A DNA stretch of 64,000 bases from Sulfolobales archaeon HS-7 (GCA_019704295.1 AP024596.1:736001-800000), one strand, 5' to 3'; shown: positions 45,202-57,439, numbered from the stretch's first letter. Made by a program: numbers and translations. The notes: generated by a model from the sequence alone, not told the origin.

Positions 45202-45885
45202 TTATTCCTTTAGATGAGTTATGTAATAATCACAGCAGCTTTTAATCGGGCATTTTCCACAGAGTGGTTTTCGGGCTTTGCATGTATTTCTTCCATGAGC
45301 AATCAATAGTAGATGAGCCGCTAAGTACTCGCTAGTAGGGAATAATTGCTTTAACTTCTCTGATACTTGATTATATGTTCGGGATCTTGTTATTCCTAAT
45401 CGATGCGAGACTCTAAAAATATGTGTATCTACTGGGAAAGATAGAGGTGAACCGTATAAGAGAAGTACTACATCTGCAGTTTTCTCTCCGATACCTGGCA
45501 ATGAAGTCAAAAATTTTTTTGCCTCATTAGTGTCATTCTCCAGCAAATTTTTAAACAGAGTAGGACCCAGCGCGTTAATTACTTTTGAAATTTGTATAAT
45601 ATACTTTGTTTTATTATTGTATAGTCCTCCTTTTTTTAAATATTTTTTTAGTAAGTCGGGATCAATTGTTGCTAACTTATCGGGAGTAATTCCCACTTCT
45701 CTATCCAATTCCAAAAATATTTTCATAGCAGTTTTATCGGTAGAGTTTTGAGATAGGACGGTTGCTATTAGGGTCTTAAAGGGATCATGCGTAGAATTGT
45801 ATACATGTAGTGTTACATAGTCTTCATAAGATATCTTGTAAGTATCTTTTAGTAGCTTAAGTATCTTTGAACCGTCACATATCAT
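45202..45885 (-). CDS. nth: Endonuclease III (HhH-GPD, 4Fe-4S)
   Basis: LSQNSTD, LPGIGEKTAD, VDTH, CKARKPLCGKCPIKSCC. Confidence 0.95.
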   Translation of the reverse strand: MICDGSKILKLLKDTYKISYEDYVTLHVYNSTHDPFKTLIATVLSQNSTDKTAMKIFLELDREVGITPDKLATIDPDLLKKYLKKGGLYNNKTKYIIQISKVINALGPTLFKNLLENDTNEAKKFLTSLPGIGEKTADVVLLLYGSPLSFPVDTHIFRVSHRLGITRSRTYNQVSEKLKQLFPTSEYLAAHLLLIAHGRNTCKARKPLCGKCPIKSCCDYYITHLKE

Positions 45886-45887
45886 GC

Positions 45888-46634
45888 TTATTCATCTACT
45901 ATTGCATTAACTATGGATAACGCACAGAAAAGAGCCTCTTCACTTCTGACGTTATAGACCCCTTGTTCTTTCACGAAGTTTAACATAATTCCTCTTCCAA
46001 AAAAAGTCTCTGTAATTCCACCTTTGGGAGGACCAACTACTATCGTGATTCCCTTTTTCCTATAAAGTTTCCTTAAATCCTCCGCACGAGTTAAAGTGTC
46101 ATTTCCATTTCTGCTACCTATAACAAGTCTATCGAGGTTAAGAATATCCTTTTCCGCTACAAATTTTAGTCTATATCCAGAGTAGAATACTGGACCTTTG
46201 TATACTTGGGTCTTATTTTTCCCACTATCAGTAATTATTACCCATTTTGTTCCCTGATCTCGAATATCACCAATCCCTATATTACCCTTTACATTAAGCC
46301 GTATATCCCCTTCAATCCACTCTTTCTCCTTTACACTAGGAGGAATATCGATAGGATCAATAAGTCCAACATAAGTTAGACTCCTTTTCTTTCTAATATT
46401 CTTTCTAGCATATGGTGGGGTAAATAGATAGTCATGTATATTCTTTAATGTAGTTAGAAGTCTCACATCGTTCACATCATCAATTATATATAACGTACTC
46501 ACTCTGAACATAGAGAGATATCTTGCAATAAGTCCATATTTAATAGTTATATTAAGTAGTGATTTCTTTACATAAAATGTGGATGAATAAAGTACAGCTT
46601 CGAAAGGTCTGGCCCTAGGTGGCACAAAAAACAT
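45888..46634 (-). CDS. Putative SPOUT RNA methyltransferase (DUF171-like)
   Basis: YLFTPPYARK, VVGPPKGG, EQGVYNVRSEEA. Confidence 0.8.
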   Translation of the reverse strand: MFFVPPRARPFEAVLYSSTFYVKKSLLNITIKYGLIARYLSMFRVSTLYIIDDVNDVRLLTTLKNIHDYLFTPPYARKNIRKKRSLTYVGLIDPIDIPPSVKEKEWIEGDIRLNVKGNIGIGDIRDQGTKWVIITDSGKNKTQVYKGPVFYSGYRLKFVAEKDILNLDRLVIGSRNGNDTLTRAEDLRKLYRKKGITIVVGPPKGGITETFFGRGIMLNFVKEQGVYNVRSEEALFCALSIVNAIVDE

Positions 46635-46637
46635 TTC

Positions 46638-49600
46638 CTACACTTTTTCTATAGAAATTATATATGTATCCCCTTCAATTTCCCATTCTGTACCATTTAG
46701 CTTTACTTCACTCTCGAAAATTACTTCCTTAGCCCTGGTTTCCTCCTTTATAGTATCAACGAACTTTTTGATCTCTTCAATTCTATCTTTGGGACCAGAC
46801 ATTCCTACAACTATATAGTCTGTTATATTTAGATTTAGCTTTTTTCTCATAAACTGTATCCGTCTAATTATGTCCCTTATAATACCTTCAGTTTCTTCCT
46901 CATAACTTACCTCCTTCCTTATAGCTACGATAAACTCACTAGATGAGGAGGCAACGTAATTATTCAATAATATTTCTTTAATTACAAGATGATCTGACTT
47001 TATTAGAAATTCCTTGTCGTCTAATATCACCTTATGAGTTCCTTTGTTTATAATATCGTTATAGATCTCATTCTGATGCGTGGATATGTAGTCAATTATC
47101 TCCTTGCTCATTCGTTTAAAGTCCTTACCTATCGGTCCTACATTTGGTTCGACTTCAACTCTAGCTATTTTACTGAATTCTGTAATAGGAAGGAAATTAA
47201 TTTGTTTTGCATTAATCAAAGACAATATTACATCCTTAACTTGTTCCAATTGAGTATATTTATTTAAGTCTTTCACATATATATTTACCTCTTTTATAGG
47301 CCAGCGAAGTTTTATATTTGCTTTAGCTCTTGCGTTTAAAATTAGGATAGATATTTCTCTAGCTAAACTAATAGCTTTCTCAAGTTCTGAATTTATCAAG
47401 GAGATATCAATTTTAGGAAGCTCTTCCAGCATTACTGAAATTTTTTTATTTATTGTAAAAGTTTGATATAATTTCTCGGAAATGAATGGTATTACAGGGG
47501 AAGCAAGAACCAACCAGTTCTTAAGTACAGTGTACAGTATATAGTACATTGCTATTTTGTCAGGTTCATTGGATTCTTTCCAAGCCCTCTTTCTACTAAC
47601 TTTTAAATAGAACCTGCTTATATCATTAACAATAAAGTCTATTAATAGATTAGTATATTCATGAATTTTGTACTCATTCATACTATTCGTTAATTTTAGT
47701 ATAATACTATTAAATCTGGATAATAAATATTTATCTTCAGTGGTGAAATAACTCTTTATATCGTCAATAGAAATGGAGTCGGGTTGAAAGTTATCTAGAT
47801 TCATATAGACCGATGCGAATACGAATGTGTTCCACACTATTTGAAGTTCCTTTTTTGCTTGTTCTAATGCTTTCCAAGAAAATTTTACATCTTCCCAAAC
47901 TTGATTCCTAAGAAGCCATAGTCTCAATACGTCCCTAGAATATTTCTCTATTACAGTAGAGGGTTCAATATAATTTCCTAAACTCTTATGCATTTCCCTT
48001 CCGTTTTCATCTAGCATCATCCCGTGTACTAAGACGTTAGTATACGGAGTTTTATCTTCCATTATTACGTTACTACGTAACATGCTGAAGAACCATCCTC
48101 TTAGCTGGTCATTGCCCTCAACTACTAGGTCTACTAGTCCTAACTTTTTCCATAACTCTTCTCCCAGTGACGCGTAGAATGCTACGCCGCTATCAAACCA
48201 TACGTCGGCAACGTCTTGGACTCTTTCCATAACACCTCCGCATTCGTTACATCTAATTTTTACTTCATCTATCCACGGCCTATGTAGGTTCTCTGGAACT
48301 TTATTTAACGCTAACACCTTTAATTCTTCTAAGCTGCCCACTACAGTGGTATTTTTGCAATTAATACACTTCCATATTGGTAATGGAGTTCCCCAATAAC
48401 GTTGTCGACTTACGACCCAATCCCTGAGCTCCTTAACCATATTTTCTATTCTACTCTTTCCCCACTGCGGGATCCAGTTGACTCTATTTATCTCTCTCAA
48501 TATTTCCTCTTTTAATCTCGTTACTCTAAAGAACCACTGATTTGTTGCTCTTAGAATTAAAGGAGTTTTACATCTCCAGCAGACAGGATAGTTATGAACA
48601 ATCTTGCCCTTTTTAAATAGAGCATTTCTCTCTTTAAGGTCTGATATAATTTCATCGTTTGTTTCCCTAACGCTCTTTCCAGCGTACTTTCCTGCATCTT
48701 TTAAAAATTCTCCATGATCTCCTACCAACATTATTATGGGAAGTGAGTATTTCTTACCTACCATGAAATCCACGTCTCCATGACCTGGGGCAGAATGAAC
48801 TAAACCTGTGCCCTCTTCTAACGTAACAACTCCTTTTCCGTCAATAACTGTGTGCGAGATATTCCTTTGAAAGTTCAGTAAATCTGATAAGGGGTGAATG
48901 TATTTCATTCCTAATAGCTGTTGCCCACTATATCGTCTTATTATTTCATAATCTTTAATATTGCTCTCTCTCATTACCTCCTCCACTCTTCTGCACGCAA
49001 TGATTAGTATCTCTTTGTTTATTCTAACATCACAATACTCGAAATCAGGATCTATCATTACGGAGACATTAGATGGTATAGTCCAAGGAGTGGTAGTCCA
49101 TATTAGGAGATATTTGTCTTCATTTTCTAATCTAAACTTTACATATATTGATGGATCTTCTATTTCTCTATACTCAGAAACCTCATAATCTGCTAAAGTT
49201 GTCTCACATCTAGGACACCAGTGGAGGACTTCATATCCCTCCTCCAATAACCCTCTCTCATATGCTCTCTTTACCAGCTTCCATGAATTCCCAATATATT
49301 CATTACTCATAGTATAGTACGGATTACTCCAGTCCATCATTACCCCTACATCAGAGAAGCTTTTGGTTAGAGACTCTGCATTACTCTTAGCAAACTGATA
49401 ACATGTGTTTACAAACTTTTCAATTCCTATCTCATTAACTATATCATTTTTTTGTTTCACGCCAAGTTGTTTTTCTATTATCACTTCTATGGGTAATCCA
49501 TGACAATCATAGCCAGGTTGATCCCATACTAATTTACCATTAAGCCGTTGAAATCTTAATATCATGTCCTTGATTATCTTATTCCATATAGTTCCAATAT

Positions 49601-49775
49601 GAGGAATTCCAGACGATGTATATGGCGGACCGTCTATAAAAAGAAATTTCTCCTTGCTACTTAGCGACCTTTCTTTTATTCTTATATATACGTTGTTTTC
49701 TTTCCAAAAACTAATAATTTCCTCTTCAATTGCTTTCTGATCGTAACTACCCTGTATAGCATTGACTACTGTCAT
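46638..49775 (-). CDS. ileS: Isoleucine--tRNA ligase
   Basis: DGPPY, HIGT, DCHGLPIE, WTTTPWT, SRQRYWG, EMHKSLGN. Confidence 0.98.
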   Translation of the reverse strand: MTVVNAIQGSYDQKAIEEEIISFWKENNVYIRIKERSLSSKEKFLFIDGPPYTSSGIPHIGTIWNKIIKDMILRFQRLNGKLVWDQPGYDCHGLPIEVIIEKQLGVKQKNDIVNEIGIEKFVNTCYQFAKSNAESLTKSFSDVGVMMDWSNPYYTMSNEYIGNSWKLVKRAYERGLLEEGYEVLHWCPRCETTLADYEVSEYREIEDPSIYVKFRLENEDKYLLIWTTTPWTIPSNVSVMIDPDFEYCDVRINKEILIIACRRVEEVMRESNIKDYEIIRRYSGQQLLGMKYIHPLSDLLNFQRNISHTVIDGKGVVTLEEGTGLVHSAPGHGDVDFMVGKKYSLPIIMLVGDHGEFLKDAGKYAGKSVRETNDEIISDLKERNALFKKGKIVHNYPVCWRCKTPLILRATNQWFFRVTRLKEEILREINRVNWIPQWGKSRIENMVKELRDWVVSRQRYWGTPLPIWKCINCKNTTVVGSLEELKVLALNKVPENLHRPWIDEVKIRCNECGGVMERVQDVADVWFDSGVAFYASLGEELWKKLGLVDLVVEGNDQLRGWFFSMLRSNVIMEDKTPYTNVLVHGMMLDENGREMHKSLGNYIEPSTVIEKYSRDVLRLWLLRNQVWEDVKFSWKALEQAKKELQIVWNTFVFASVYMNLDNFQPDSISIDDIKSYFTTEDKYLLSRFNSIILKLTNSMNEYKIHEYTNLLIDFIVNDISRFYLKVSRKRAWKESNEPDKIAMYYILYTVLKNWLVLASPVIPFISEKLYQTFTINKKISVMLEELPKIDISLINSELEKAISLAREISILILNARAKANIKLRWPIKEVNIYVKDLNKYTQLEQVKDVILSLINAKQINFLPITEFSKIARVEVEPNVGPIGKDFKRMSKEIIDYISTHQNEIYNDIINKGTHKVILDDKEFLIKSDHLVIKEILLNNYVASSSSEFIVAIRKEVSYEEETEGIIRDIIRRIQFMRKKLNLNITDYIVVGMSGPKDRIEEIKKFVDTIKEETRAKEVIFESEVKLNGTEWEIEGDTYIISIEKV

Positions 49776-49822
49776 TCGAATTATGAGATGTTATAATACC
49801 TTATATCCTTATCTATAACGCT

Positions 49823-50260
49823 TTACTTTGAATTTGTATCCTTGTAGTCTATGCTTCTGTTTCTTATTATATACCAAGTTCCTAATCCTTTCGCCCCAAG
49901 CGTGTTTTCGGAGTCTCTGAATTCAACGTCAACTACTACTGCAGTTCTTCCCCCCTTTACTATCCTTGCACTGGATGTAAAAGGCCCTTTATACATTGGA
50001 TTAAGAAAATTCACTTTTAACTCTTGAGTTACCTGATCCTCACCATCATTAATCGTCATAACTGCAAGCCCTCCCGTATAATCTAGCATTGTCATAATAA
50101 CGCCTCCATGGAGAATTCTCCCTGCACGTGTGATTCTCTCAGTATAAGGTAAAATCATTTCAGCGTAACCAGTGTCGACTCTTTTTACTTCAGCGCCTAA
50201 GTATGTAAATATTTGTTCCTCTCTTTTAAAGAAATCATTAATTAGTTTAATGTTATGCAT
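49823..50260 (-). CDS. PaaI-family thioesterase
   Basis: LHGGVIMTMLD and QVTQELKVNFL (hotdog fold). ATG at 50260 preferred. Confidence 0.88.
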   Translation of the reverse strand: MHNIKLINDFFKREEQIFTYLGAEVKRVDTGYAEMILPYTERITRAGRILHGGVIMTMLDYTGGLAVMTINDGEDQVTQELKVNFLNPMYKGPFTSSARIVKGGRTAVVVDVEFRDSENTLGAKGLGTWYIIRNRSIDYKDTNSK

Positions 50261-50300
50261 ATTCTTCTTAAAGTTATAGATTCTGTCCATGAAAGTTATT

Positions 50301-50894
50301 TTAGAGGGTGGTGATTTTATCATTAATCGTGTATCCATACCTCTTTAATGCCTGATCTATAATGCTCAGAAGCCATGGTGAAGTTTTTTTAACAACACCT
50401 ATTTCATAATTAATTATATTTATTAATTTATCTTTTTCTATTCCAGAATAAATATTTAGTCTCGTAATATTTACAAGTATATCAAGTAATATTAATTCAC
50501 CTCTATTTATCGATTTCCTAGGCTCTCCCATGAAATGAAAAGGTATCACCTTAACTTCAACGGGATCCCCATCAGAAACGATCTCACATCTGCAAAAAAT
50601 TATAAATGCGTCAGGTATATAAGGCAAACCGTACTCTATGTTATATTGTATATTCCCTAATATAGAATAGTAAAAAACGGGAATATCGGAGGTTATATTT
50701 ATAGTACAAAATGGATATTTAATAATGTTAGATAATGTAAGTGTTCCTTGATATAGTTTCATTATTAACAGAATGGATTTCTTTATGACTCCGATAGGCT
50801 TTACTTTTGTTTCTATACCAGACGTACCTACGAGGGTCTCGTAATACCCATCTCTTGGAAACACCTTATTAATAAGAGGTTCGTTGTACTCCAT
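50301..50894 (-). CDS. DUF447-family protein
   Basis: YYETLV, KPIGV, LYQGTLTLSN, INRG. Confidence 0.8.
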   Translation of the reverse strand: MEYNEPLINKVFPRDGYYETLVGTSGIETKVKPIGVIKKSILLIMKLYQGTLTLSNIIKYPFCTINITSDIPVFYYSILGNIQYNIEYGLPYIPDAFIIFCRCEIVSDGDPVEVKVIPFHFMGEPRKSINRGELILLDILVNITRLNIYSGIEKDKLINIINYEIGVVKKTSPWLLSIIDQALKRYGYTINDKITTL

Positions 50895-50901
50895 AGTAAA
50901 A

Positions 50902-52197
50902 ATGAATAATATTTCAGAGTTTTATAGGTTCTTTTCATCTGACGTAGTTATTCCAGGAAGTCGTCAAGAGTACATGCTTCTAAAAACCCTTAAAGATATA
51001 ATTAAGGGAGACTCATTTAAACTCGAACCTATCAGAACTTACTACTGGAAACCAATAGAGTGGGGCTTAGAATGTGAAGGACATAAAATACATTCATCCA
51101 TAATTCCTTACTCCTTTGATGTCGACGTAGAATTTTCTCCTAAGGTATTTGTAATAAATAATATTATCGATTTAAATTATTACTATAATGTAGCTGATGT
51201 AAATGTATTTCTTTTTGTTAATAACGAACTAAAAGAACCTTTGATAGTAACTACTGGCGATTTTCTAAAAAGGGAACCATCTCTCCCCCCAACAGTTCCT
51301 GCAGTTATGGTGGAAAAGGAAGACCTAAAGTATATTAGAGGTAGATGTAGATTATTTACGAAGATCGATTTTAACCCCAATGCGTCGGGATATATCCTGG
51401 ATATCGTAAAGAACGGTAACGAAGACAAGTTAATTCACTTATCTACATCTCATGACATTATAGGAAATTTAGATAAAGTTGTTAGATCCCATTATTTACT
51501 AAATTCTGTAAACTCTTTATATGAGACTCACATTATAAGTTCTTGCGCATCTATCTACGGTTCGCCAGGCTTTCCTTCCTATCCATGGTCATATGGAATT
51601 GAAACTTTTCTTAATTTAATTAAACAGAGACCTGATTATTCGATAACACTAGATAATTTTCACTATTTTGGTGCTAAATGCTATTCGACTCATTTAATCG
51701 AAGGCTACTTATGTGACTTTTATAAAAAACCTTCCCTAGAGGGATATGCGTATGCAAGAAATGGAATTCCGAATACCACTTTTTCTTCCTCAGAGATCGA
51801 TGAGCTAGAATTGAAGAGAATTATTTCTGCCCCAAAAGAACTAAATATTGAATTTAAAGAATTACTTTTTAACCTAATAAAGATAAGTCCCTCTCCTCTA
51901 AGGGGAACACTGTTGAACATGTTGGATAAGATAAAAGACGAACGCATTCAATCAGTGTTTCTAAGTCTGATAGGTAGTATAGTCTCATACTCTTCAGCAA
52001 ATTTCCTGATCTTACCTCTTCATAAGATGTGGGCGCTATCATATATTAATAATGAGTTCCTCATAGATGTAGAGAATTATAAAAGACTTTACGGCAATAA
52101 ATCACGTAGGCACATTTTATATATTAATGAATTAAAAAATAATATAGTTAATGACTATATAACAAAAATTAATCAGTTATTGGAGAAATTTTTCTAG
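50902..52197 (+). CDS. Hypothetical protein, distantly M28-peptidase-like
   Basis: Long ORF with PA-like segment (VPAVMV) and HLSTSHD; other metal ligands not evident. Confidence 0.6.
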   Translation: MNNISEFYRFFSSDVVIPGSRQEYMLLKTLKDIIKGDSFKLEPIRTYYWKPIEWGLECEGHKIHSSIIPYSFDVDVEFSPKVFVINNIIDLNYYYNVADVNVFLFVNNELKEPLIVTTGDFLKREPSLPPTVPAVMVEKEDLKYIRGRCRLFTKIDFNPNASGYILDIVKNGNEDKLIHLSTSHDIIGNLDKVVRSHYLLNSVNSLYETHIISSCASIYGSPGFPSYPWSYGIETFLNLIKQRPDYSITLDNFHYFGAKCYSTHLIEGYLCDFYKKPSLEGYAYARNGIPNTTFSSSEIDELELKRIISAPKELNIEFKELLFNLIKISPSPLRGTLLNMLDKIKDERIQSVFLSLIGSIVSYSSANFLILPLHKMWALSYINNEFLIDVENYKRLYGNKSRRHILYINELKNNIVNDYITKINQLLEKFF

Positions 52198-52896
52198 TTC
52201 TGAAAGACTCTTTATAACATAGGTTGAGAAAACAGGAAATTTTTCCATCGAGTCATGCCTGTCTATAAGTACGGATTTAAACCCAGCCATTCTAGAAGCC
52301 CAACAGTCCTTTATTGGATTGTCGCCTACCATGATAGTTCTCGAAGTTCGAATTCCTAGCTTTTCCGTTGCAATTATGAATGGTTCTATACTAGGCTTAG
52401 GTTTTATATTGTTCTCACCTGCAATTATAATTGTATCAAATTTTCGAATAAGTGGATATCTATTTAATCTGACAATCTTGTCTATTCCTTTGCCATCATT
52501 ATTTGTTATAATACCTAGATAATATCCATTGTCTTTTAAGAAATTTATTATTTCTAGGCCATCATTATATGGACTGTTAATAGATGCTATCGACCAGTAG
52601 ATCTCGGTTAATTTTCTAACATTTATATTGTCTATTTCTATCTTTAACTTATAAAAGAAATTTTTCCACCATTCATCTCTATCATAATAACCGTAATATT
52701 CTAACTCCCTGGATATTTCCATTACAGCCTTGTATACACAATCTAATGTACATTTCTTAAGAACGTCGTTATAACCTGAGTATATCTCGAAAGAAACTGC
52801 ATATATTGCTTTTTCTGATTGTCGCCGAAATTCCACTAATGTGTCGTCATAATCGAAGAAAATTGCATCAATACTTCTCGTAAATGTTACACCCAA
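52177..52896 (-). CDS. HAD-superfamily hydrolase
   Basis: FDYDDTL, ITN, KP, VGDNPIKD. Confidence 0.92.
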   Translation of the reverse strand: MGVTFTRSIDAIFFDYDDTLVEFRRQSEKAIYAVSFEIYSGYNDVLKKCTLDCVYKAVMEISRELEYYGYYDRDEWWKNFFYKLKIEIDNINVRKLTEIYWSIASINSPYNDGLEIINFLKDNGYYLGIITNNDGKGIDKIVRLNRYPLIRKFDTIIIAGENNIKPKPSIEPFIIATEKLGIRTSRTIMVGDNPIKDCWASRMAGFKSVLIDRHDSMEKFPVFSTYVIKSLSELEKFLQ

Positions 52897-52916
52897 AAAT
52901 ATACTAGGAGAACTTA

Positions 52917-55127
52917 CTACTCTAAAAAGTCTTGAAGTTTGGGAAGCTCTTTTGGTAGACCTTTTCTTTCTCGTATTTTAATTATCACGTCATTTAACAT
53001 ACTATCAGGAACAGAAGCCCATCTGCTGAACTCCATCCCCCAGAAAGCTCTTCCGGCAGTAGCTCCTCTTAAGTCTGCTGCTAGGTCGAACGTCTCAGCA
53101 ATAGGGATCTCGGCTATTATTCTAGCTGTATTTCCACTCTGCAGTACGTTAAGGATTTTTCCTCTCTTTTTAGTCAATACTGAAGAAACGCTACCTATAA
53201 ATTCCATAGGAACTTTAATGTCAAGCTTTTGGATTGGTTCTAGCATTGTCGGTCTAGAGGTTAAAATCCCTGCGAATATAGAGTTCCTCACTGCTGGATA
53301 GATTTGTGCCGGTCCCCTATGTGCAGGATCTTCATGGATAACCGCGTCCTGCAATATAACCTTAACCCCCCTAATTGGTTCGTGAGCCAACGGCCCTTCT
53401 CTCATAGCCAGCCTAAAACCTTGGAGAAATGTATCCATTATTTCTCTCAAATACTGGACTCCACTTGTATTATCAACAAGTACATTAATATTATCATCGA
53501 CAGCTATTATTTTCTTAGCCTCATCGTAATCCCATTCAGCCTCATCTCGTAAAATTTTTGCAATTTCCTTAGCATCCATACTCTCTTTAATTCTACCAGT
53601 AGCTATTAGTTCAATTGATTTTTCATTCATGGGCTCTACGCTAATGTAGAACTTGTTGTGTTTATTAGGCGACTTCCCTTCAAAGACTTGACTCCTGTTT
53701 CTTATACTTTCTCTATATACTACAACGGGAGGACTAGTGGTCACTTCTAGTCCGTAATCGTCCTTAAGCAGTTGTAAGGACACTTCTAAATGTAACGGTC
53801 CCATACCAGAAACGAGATATTCTCCAGTTTCCTGGTTTATTGAAACACGAAGATTAGGATCTTCAATTTCCATGGTTTTTAATGCATCAATCATTTTCGT
53901 AAGATCTTTAGGATTCTTGGGTTCAACTGCAATAGTGACAACTGGTTCTGATACGTAATGTAACCTTTCAAAGGAACCAACTATATCCTTGTATTTTACG
54001 GAAACTAACGTTTCACCCGACTTAGCTCTGTCAATTCCTAAAACTGCTGCAATATTACCTGCAGGTATTTCGTTAGCCAACTCCCTATCTCTACCCATAT
54101 AGAGGCTTGTCTGTAAAACCCTTTGTGAAATCTTAGAGTTTACTAACCATATTTCCTCACCTGGCTTTATAGTACCAGAGAAAACCCTTCCAGTTGCAAC
54201 TAATCCTGCATGAGGATCTCTCTTCATATCTGTGATCATCATGACAACTGGGCCATTAGGGTCGCAGTTGAGCATAGATTTAGCAACTTCACTGTCTAAA
54301 TCACCTTTCCAAATCTTAGGAACTCTATATTTTTGCGCATCAATTGGATTAGGTACTAATTTAATTACTGCGTCTAGTAATGCACTGTCAATAGGAGCGA
54401 TCTTCGCAAGTTCCTCTAATTTCGATTTGTCGGAAGATGAATACGCAGCTATAACGTCCTTCATTCCAATACCTTTTCTTTGTGCTAAAGGTATCGTAAA
54501 TCCCCATTTATCCTTAGCAGAACCTAGCACTATATTTCCTAGCGTGGGGTTAATTAACCATTTTTCTTTGAATTCAGGTTCTGCATAGGTCGTAATAAGG
54601 TTATTAACATCTCTTATCATTTCAACTATTTTTTGCTGCATCTCATTAGGACCGAGTTTCAATTCCTTAACTAATCTATCTGTCTTATTTATGAATAAAA
54701 TGGGCCTAACTCTTTCTTCCAAGCTCTGCCTAAGAACTGTTTCAGTCTGCGTCATAACTCCCTCTACTGCATCGATGACCACTATAGCCCCATCAAGCAC
54801 CCTAAGACTCCTTGTAACTCTTCCGCTAAAGTCTACGTGACCTGGGGTATCAATAAGGTTGATTACATATCCCTTACCATCTAGTTCGTGGTATAGACTA
54901 ACGTTTGCCGCCTTAACTGTTATCCCTCTTTGTTGTTCGACTTTAAGGTAATCTAAAGCAAGAGCCTCACCTGCTACTTTAGGAGAAAGAATTCCAGCTG
55001 ATGCTAATAGTTGATCGCTAGTTGTAGTCTTTCCATGATCAACATGTGCAATTATGCCTATGTTTCTAACTCTACTCCTATCTTTCATAAGTTCAAGGAT
55101 TTGGTCGACTGTTTTATACCTAGGCAC
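52917..55127 (-). CDS. fusA: Elongation factor 2
   Basis: [20 protein letters not shown], diphthamide loop HEDPAHRG. Confidence 0.98.
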   Translation of the reverse strand: MPRYKTVDQILELMKDRSRVRNIGIIAHVDHGKTTTSDQLLASAGILSPKVAGEALALDYLKVEQQRGITVKAANVSLYHELDGKGYVINLIDTPGHVDFSGRVTRSLRVLDGAIVVIDAVEGVMTQTETVLRQSLEERVRPILFINKTDRLVKELKLGPNEMQQKIVEMIRDVNNLITTYAEPEFKEKWLINPTLGNIVLGSAKDKWGFTIPLAQRKGIGMKDVIAAYSSSDKSKLEELAKIAPIDSALLDAVIKLVPNPIDAQKYRVPKIWKGDLDSEVAKSMLNCDPNGPVVMMITDMKRDPHAGLVATGRVFSGTIKPGEEIWLVNSKISQRVLQTSLYMGRDRELANEIPAGNIAAVLGIDRAKSGETLVSVKYKDIVGSFERLHYVSEPVVTIAVEPKNPKDLTKMIDALKTMEIEDPNLRVSINQETGEYLVSGMGPLHLEVSLQLLKDDYGLEVTTSPPVVVYRESIRNRSQVFEGKSPNKHNKFYISVEPMNEKSIELIATGRIKESMDAKEIAKILRDEAEWDYDEAKKIIAVDDNINVLVDNTSGVQYLREIMDTFLQGFRLAMREGPLAHEPIRGVKVILQDAVIHEDPAHRGPAQIYPAVRNSIFAGILTSRPTMLEPIQKLDIKVPMEFIGSVSSVLTKKRGKILNVLQSGNTARIIAEIPIAETFDLAADLRGATAGRAFWGMEFSRWASVPDSMLNDVIIKIRERKGLPKELPKLQDFLE

Positions 55128-55231
55128 AACCGTTCACCGATATTACTCTTGTTGATAATAATGTCAGCCTTTAAAAGTGTATGCGAAACGACTTTAACTC
55201 TGTGTATATTATGAAGTTAATTATTTAAAAA

Positions 55232-55933
55232 TTATTTATTATTTTCTTGTCCTATAAAATTAAATAGATTACTGTTTTTATCAGAAACAGCATCATTCTT
55301 GCTATGGAGTAATGTATAAATTTCCTTTCCTTTTTTTTCGCCTAATACCCTCTGAAGCTCAGATAAAGAACTGTTAAAGAAGCTTTTTAAATCCGTAAAA
55401 TGCCGTAGTATCTTATCAGAAGTACTGGGTCCTATACCTGGAAAAGCCTCTAATATATATTTCTTTATTTCATAATCAGATGAAAATTTAGGTTTATCGT
55501 GAATCGATATTAGTGTCTTTTTTGTATCAGTTTCCTTCTCAGCTATTTTTTTGATACTTTCAGCTGTCTGCCTTTTATCATAGGTAAAAAGAAGCCTCAC
55601 CTCATAATCCATTACTAATGATATCAGAGCGTTATTTACCGTCTTCCAGTTGGGGGCTAAAGTAAGAAGTTGTTTATTATCACCTTCTACTATTAGAAAG
55701 CTTCTTTGATATACATCAGTAAGCCTTTTTACCTGGTCAAATAGTCGTCTATCAAAAATCGAAGCTACTAAATCGCTTACTGTTTTTCGCTCTATTCCAA
55801 TGGTGCTGCTTATTACATAATCCCCTACCGATAACTGTTCTATAATTATAGTTATCCCAAGCTCCCTCAATATGTCAGGTATTCCACTACCATTTTCTCT
55901 TGTGTCTACGTAAATTCTTAACAACTTTTTCAC
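55232..55933 (-). CDS. xpf: Short XPF/ERCC4 flap endonuclease
   Basis: VDTRE, GDY, ERKTVSD, HhH2 domain, C-terminal PIP-like NLFNF. Confidence 0.93.
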   Translation of the reverse strand: MKKLLRIYVDTRENGSGIPDILRELGITIIIEQLSVGDYVISSTIGIERKTVSDLVASIFDRRLFDQVKRLTDVYQRSFLIVEGDNKQLLTLAPNWKTVNNALISLVMDYEVRLLFTYDKRQTAESIKKIAEKETDTKKTLISIHDKPKFSSDYEIKKYILEAFPGIGPSTSDKILRHFTDLKSFFNSSLSELQRVLGEKKGKEIYTLLHSKNDAVSDKNSNLFNFIGQENNK

Positions 55934-56313
55934 GCTTTCATAGTTCCTCCACTTCCCCCTTGCTGATAGTATTTAGATAACGCACTACTTACTTTGGATT
56001 GTAACTCCTCATACTGTTTCCTTAGTAATGACTCTTGCTTCTGATAGGTTTTTTGTCTTAACTCTAATAACTCCTTTTTGTCGTTTAGCTCTTTCTCAAT
56101 TGACGTCTTATCAGTCTTAACCATTATATTGCCCACAATCTTAAACAGTTCACTATCCTGTGAGAGTAAAGATAGTTCCTCTAATACCTTGTTTATTTCC
56201 TTTAATTCACTTTCAATTCTACTTTTATCTACAAGTATAAGATTTAGACGTTCTTGAATATCTTTTAATTTGCCTAGCTGAGCTTGTAACTCAGGTGAAA
56301 TTTTTTCCGCCAC
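55930..56313 (-). CDS. pfdB: Prefoldin beta subunit
   Basis: Coiled coil - [10 protein letters not shown] hairpin - coiled coil. Confidence 0.93.
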   Translation of the reverse strand: MAEKISPELQAQLGKLKDIQERLNLILVDKSRIESELKEINKVLEELSLLSQDSELFKIVGNIMVKTDKTSIEKELNDKKELLELRQKTYQKQESLLRKQYEELQSKVSSALSKYYQQGGSGGTMKA

Positions 56314-56545
56314 TTTCGATCTCCTCCAATTTATTAATAGTTAGGATAATGGTATTGATCCAAGATATATAAGAGTTAACTATAGCCCTTATTCTGCTAT
56401 AAGAGCTTCCTTCTATTTTTATAGATAGCGGTTCCTTACTTACCTTTACGTATTGACGATCAATATCCTCTATAATTATTGAACGTTCGATAACTTTTTC
56501 CAATTCAGGATCTATCTTCTCTATGGTTATAATAATCTTTGGCAT
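56291..56545 (-). CDS. Pcc1-like (KEOPS) protein
   Basis: [13 protein letters not shown] motif; upstream of pfdB. Confidence 0.8.
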   Translation of the reverse strand: MPKIIITIEKIDPELEKVIERSIIIEDIDRQYVKVSKEPLSIKIEGSSYSRIRAIVNSYISWINTIILTINKLEEIESGGKNFT

Positions 56546-56617
56546 AACATATCACTCTCTTCACGTAGTAATTTATAACTCAGCTCTAATTAGATAATTC
56601 GCTAGCATTATTCTTAA

Positions 56618-56982
56618 GAAAGTGTCTAATGTATAGTTAACATGAAAAACTACATAAACTAAAAAGTTATAAAATAGGTTTTCCTAGAATTAAATTCGCT
56701 TAATTACTAGAGAACGATAATATAAAATCAGTTATTAAGCATACTAGCATGTAATCATATACCTTTCGAATCAAGGCTAAAAATGAGGTTTTCAGAATAA
56801 CGAGTTGAACGTCTACTTAAGGTACTGCCGAACGTTTTAAGCTTAGGAAGTTAGCAAAGCCGTTTAATCTCTCGTAATCCCCCTGTATTATTATCGCGAT
56901 TGGTACTGTAAGATGGATTATTCCTATATAGTAAAATTTGGTTAATAAAGTAAATAACATTCATTACACATTAGACACTGTC
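56618..56982. mobile_element. ~365-bp MITE, complete copy
   Basis: TIR GAAAGTGTCTAATGTATA / TTACACATTAGACACTGTC; colinear with 61693-62061. Confidence 0.85.
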
Positions 56983-57099
56983 TTGAGTAAACTATGAAGT
57001 TTATCTAATTTCAAGTTAAAATAAGATAGAGTCATAGGGATGGGTTTAGGTTGCGCCACCAACGCGTGGAGCCTAATGGGATTAAACACCGTTGTTGAT

Positions 57100-57340
57100 C
57101 TCTTAGGCTTACAATATCTAGCAATCAGAACCCTTAGTAAACGTTAAACTTATCACAACAGAATAGCTCGTTCTTTAGCCTTGATTATAAAAATTACGTA
57201 ATTGCTTGCAACTGCACTTAATAAACTAATTTTGTATTACTTTACTTTTAGTAATTAAAGAAATTTGATTCTAGATAAGCGTATTTTATAACTTTTTAGT
57301 TTATCTAGTTATTCATTTTAATTACGTATTGAACATTATC
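57100..57340 (-). repeat. Reverse-oriented left end of the same MITE/IS family
   Basis: Reverse complement of 57175-57340 aligns with 56618-56785. Confidence 0.8.
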
Positions 57341-57439
57341 TCGAGAAGCTCAGGGAAGTGCTTCATTAGGTTGGTCCCACCGTAAGTAACAAGTTTCAAT
57401 CGTGTCTCTGCGTATTAAAATTAAAGCGTATAAGAGAGA

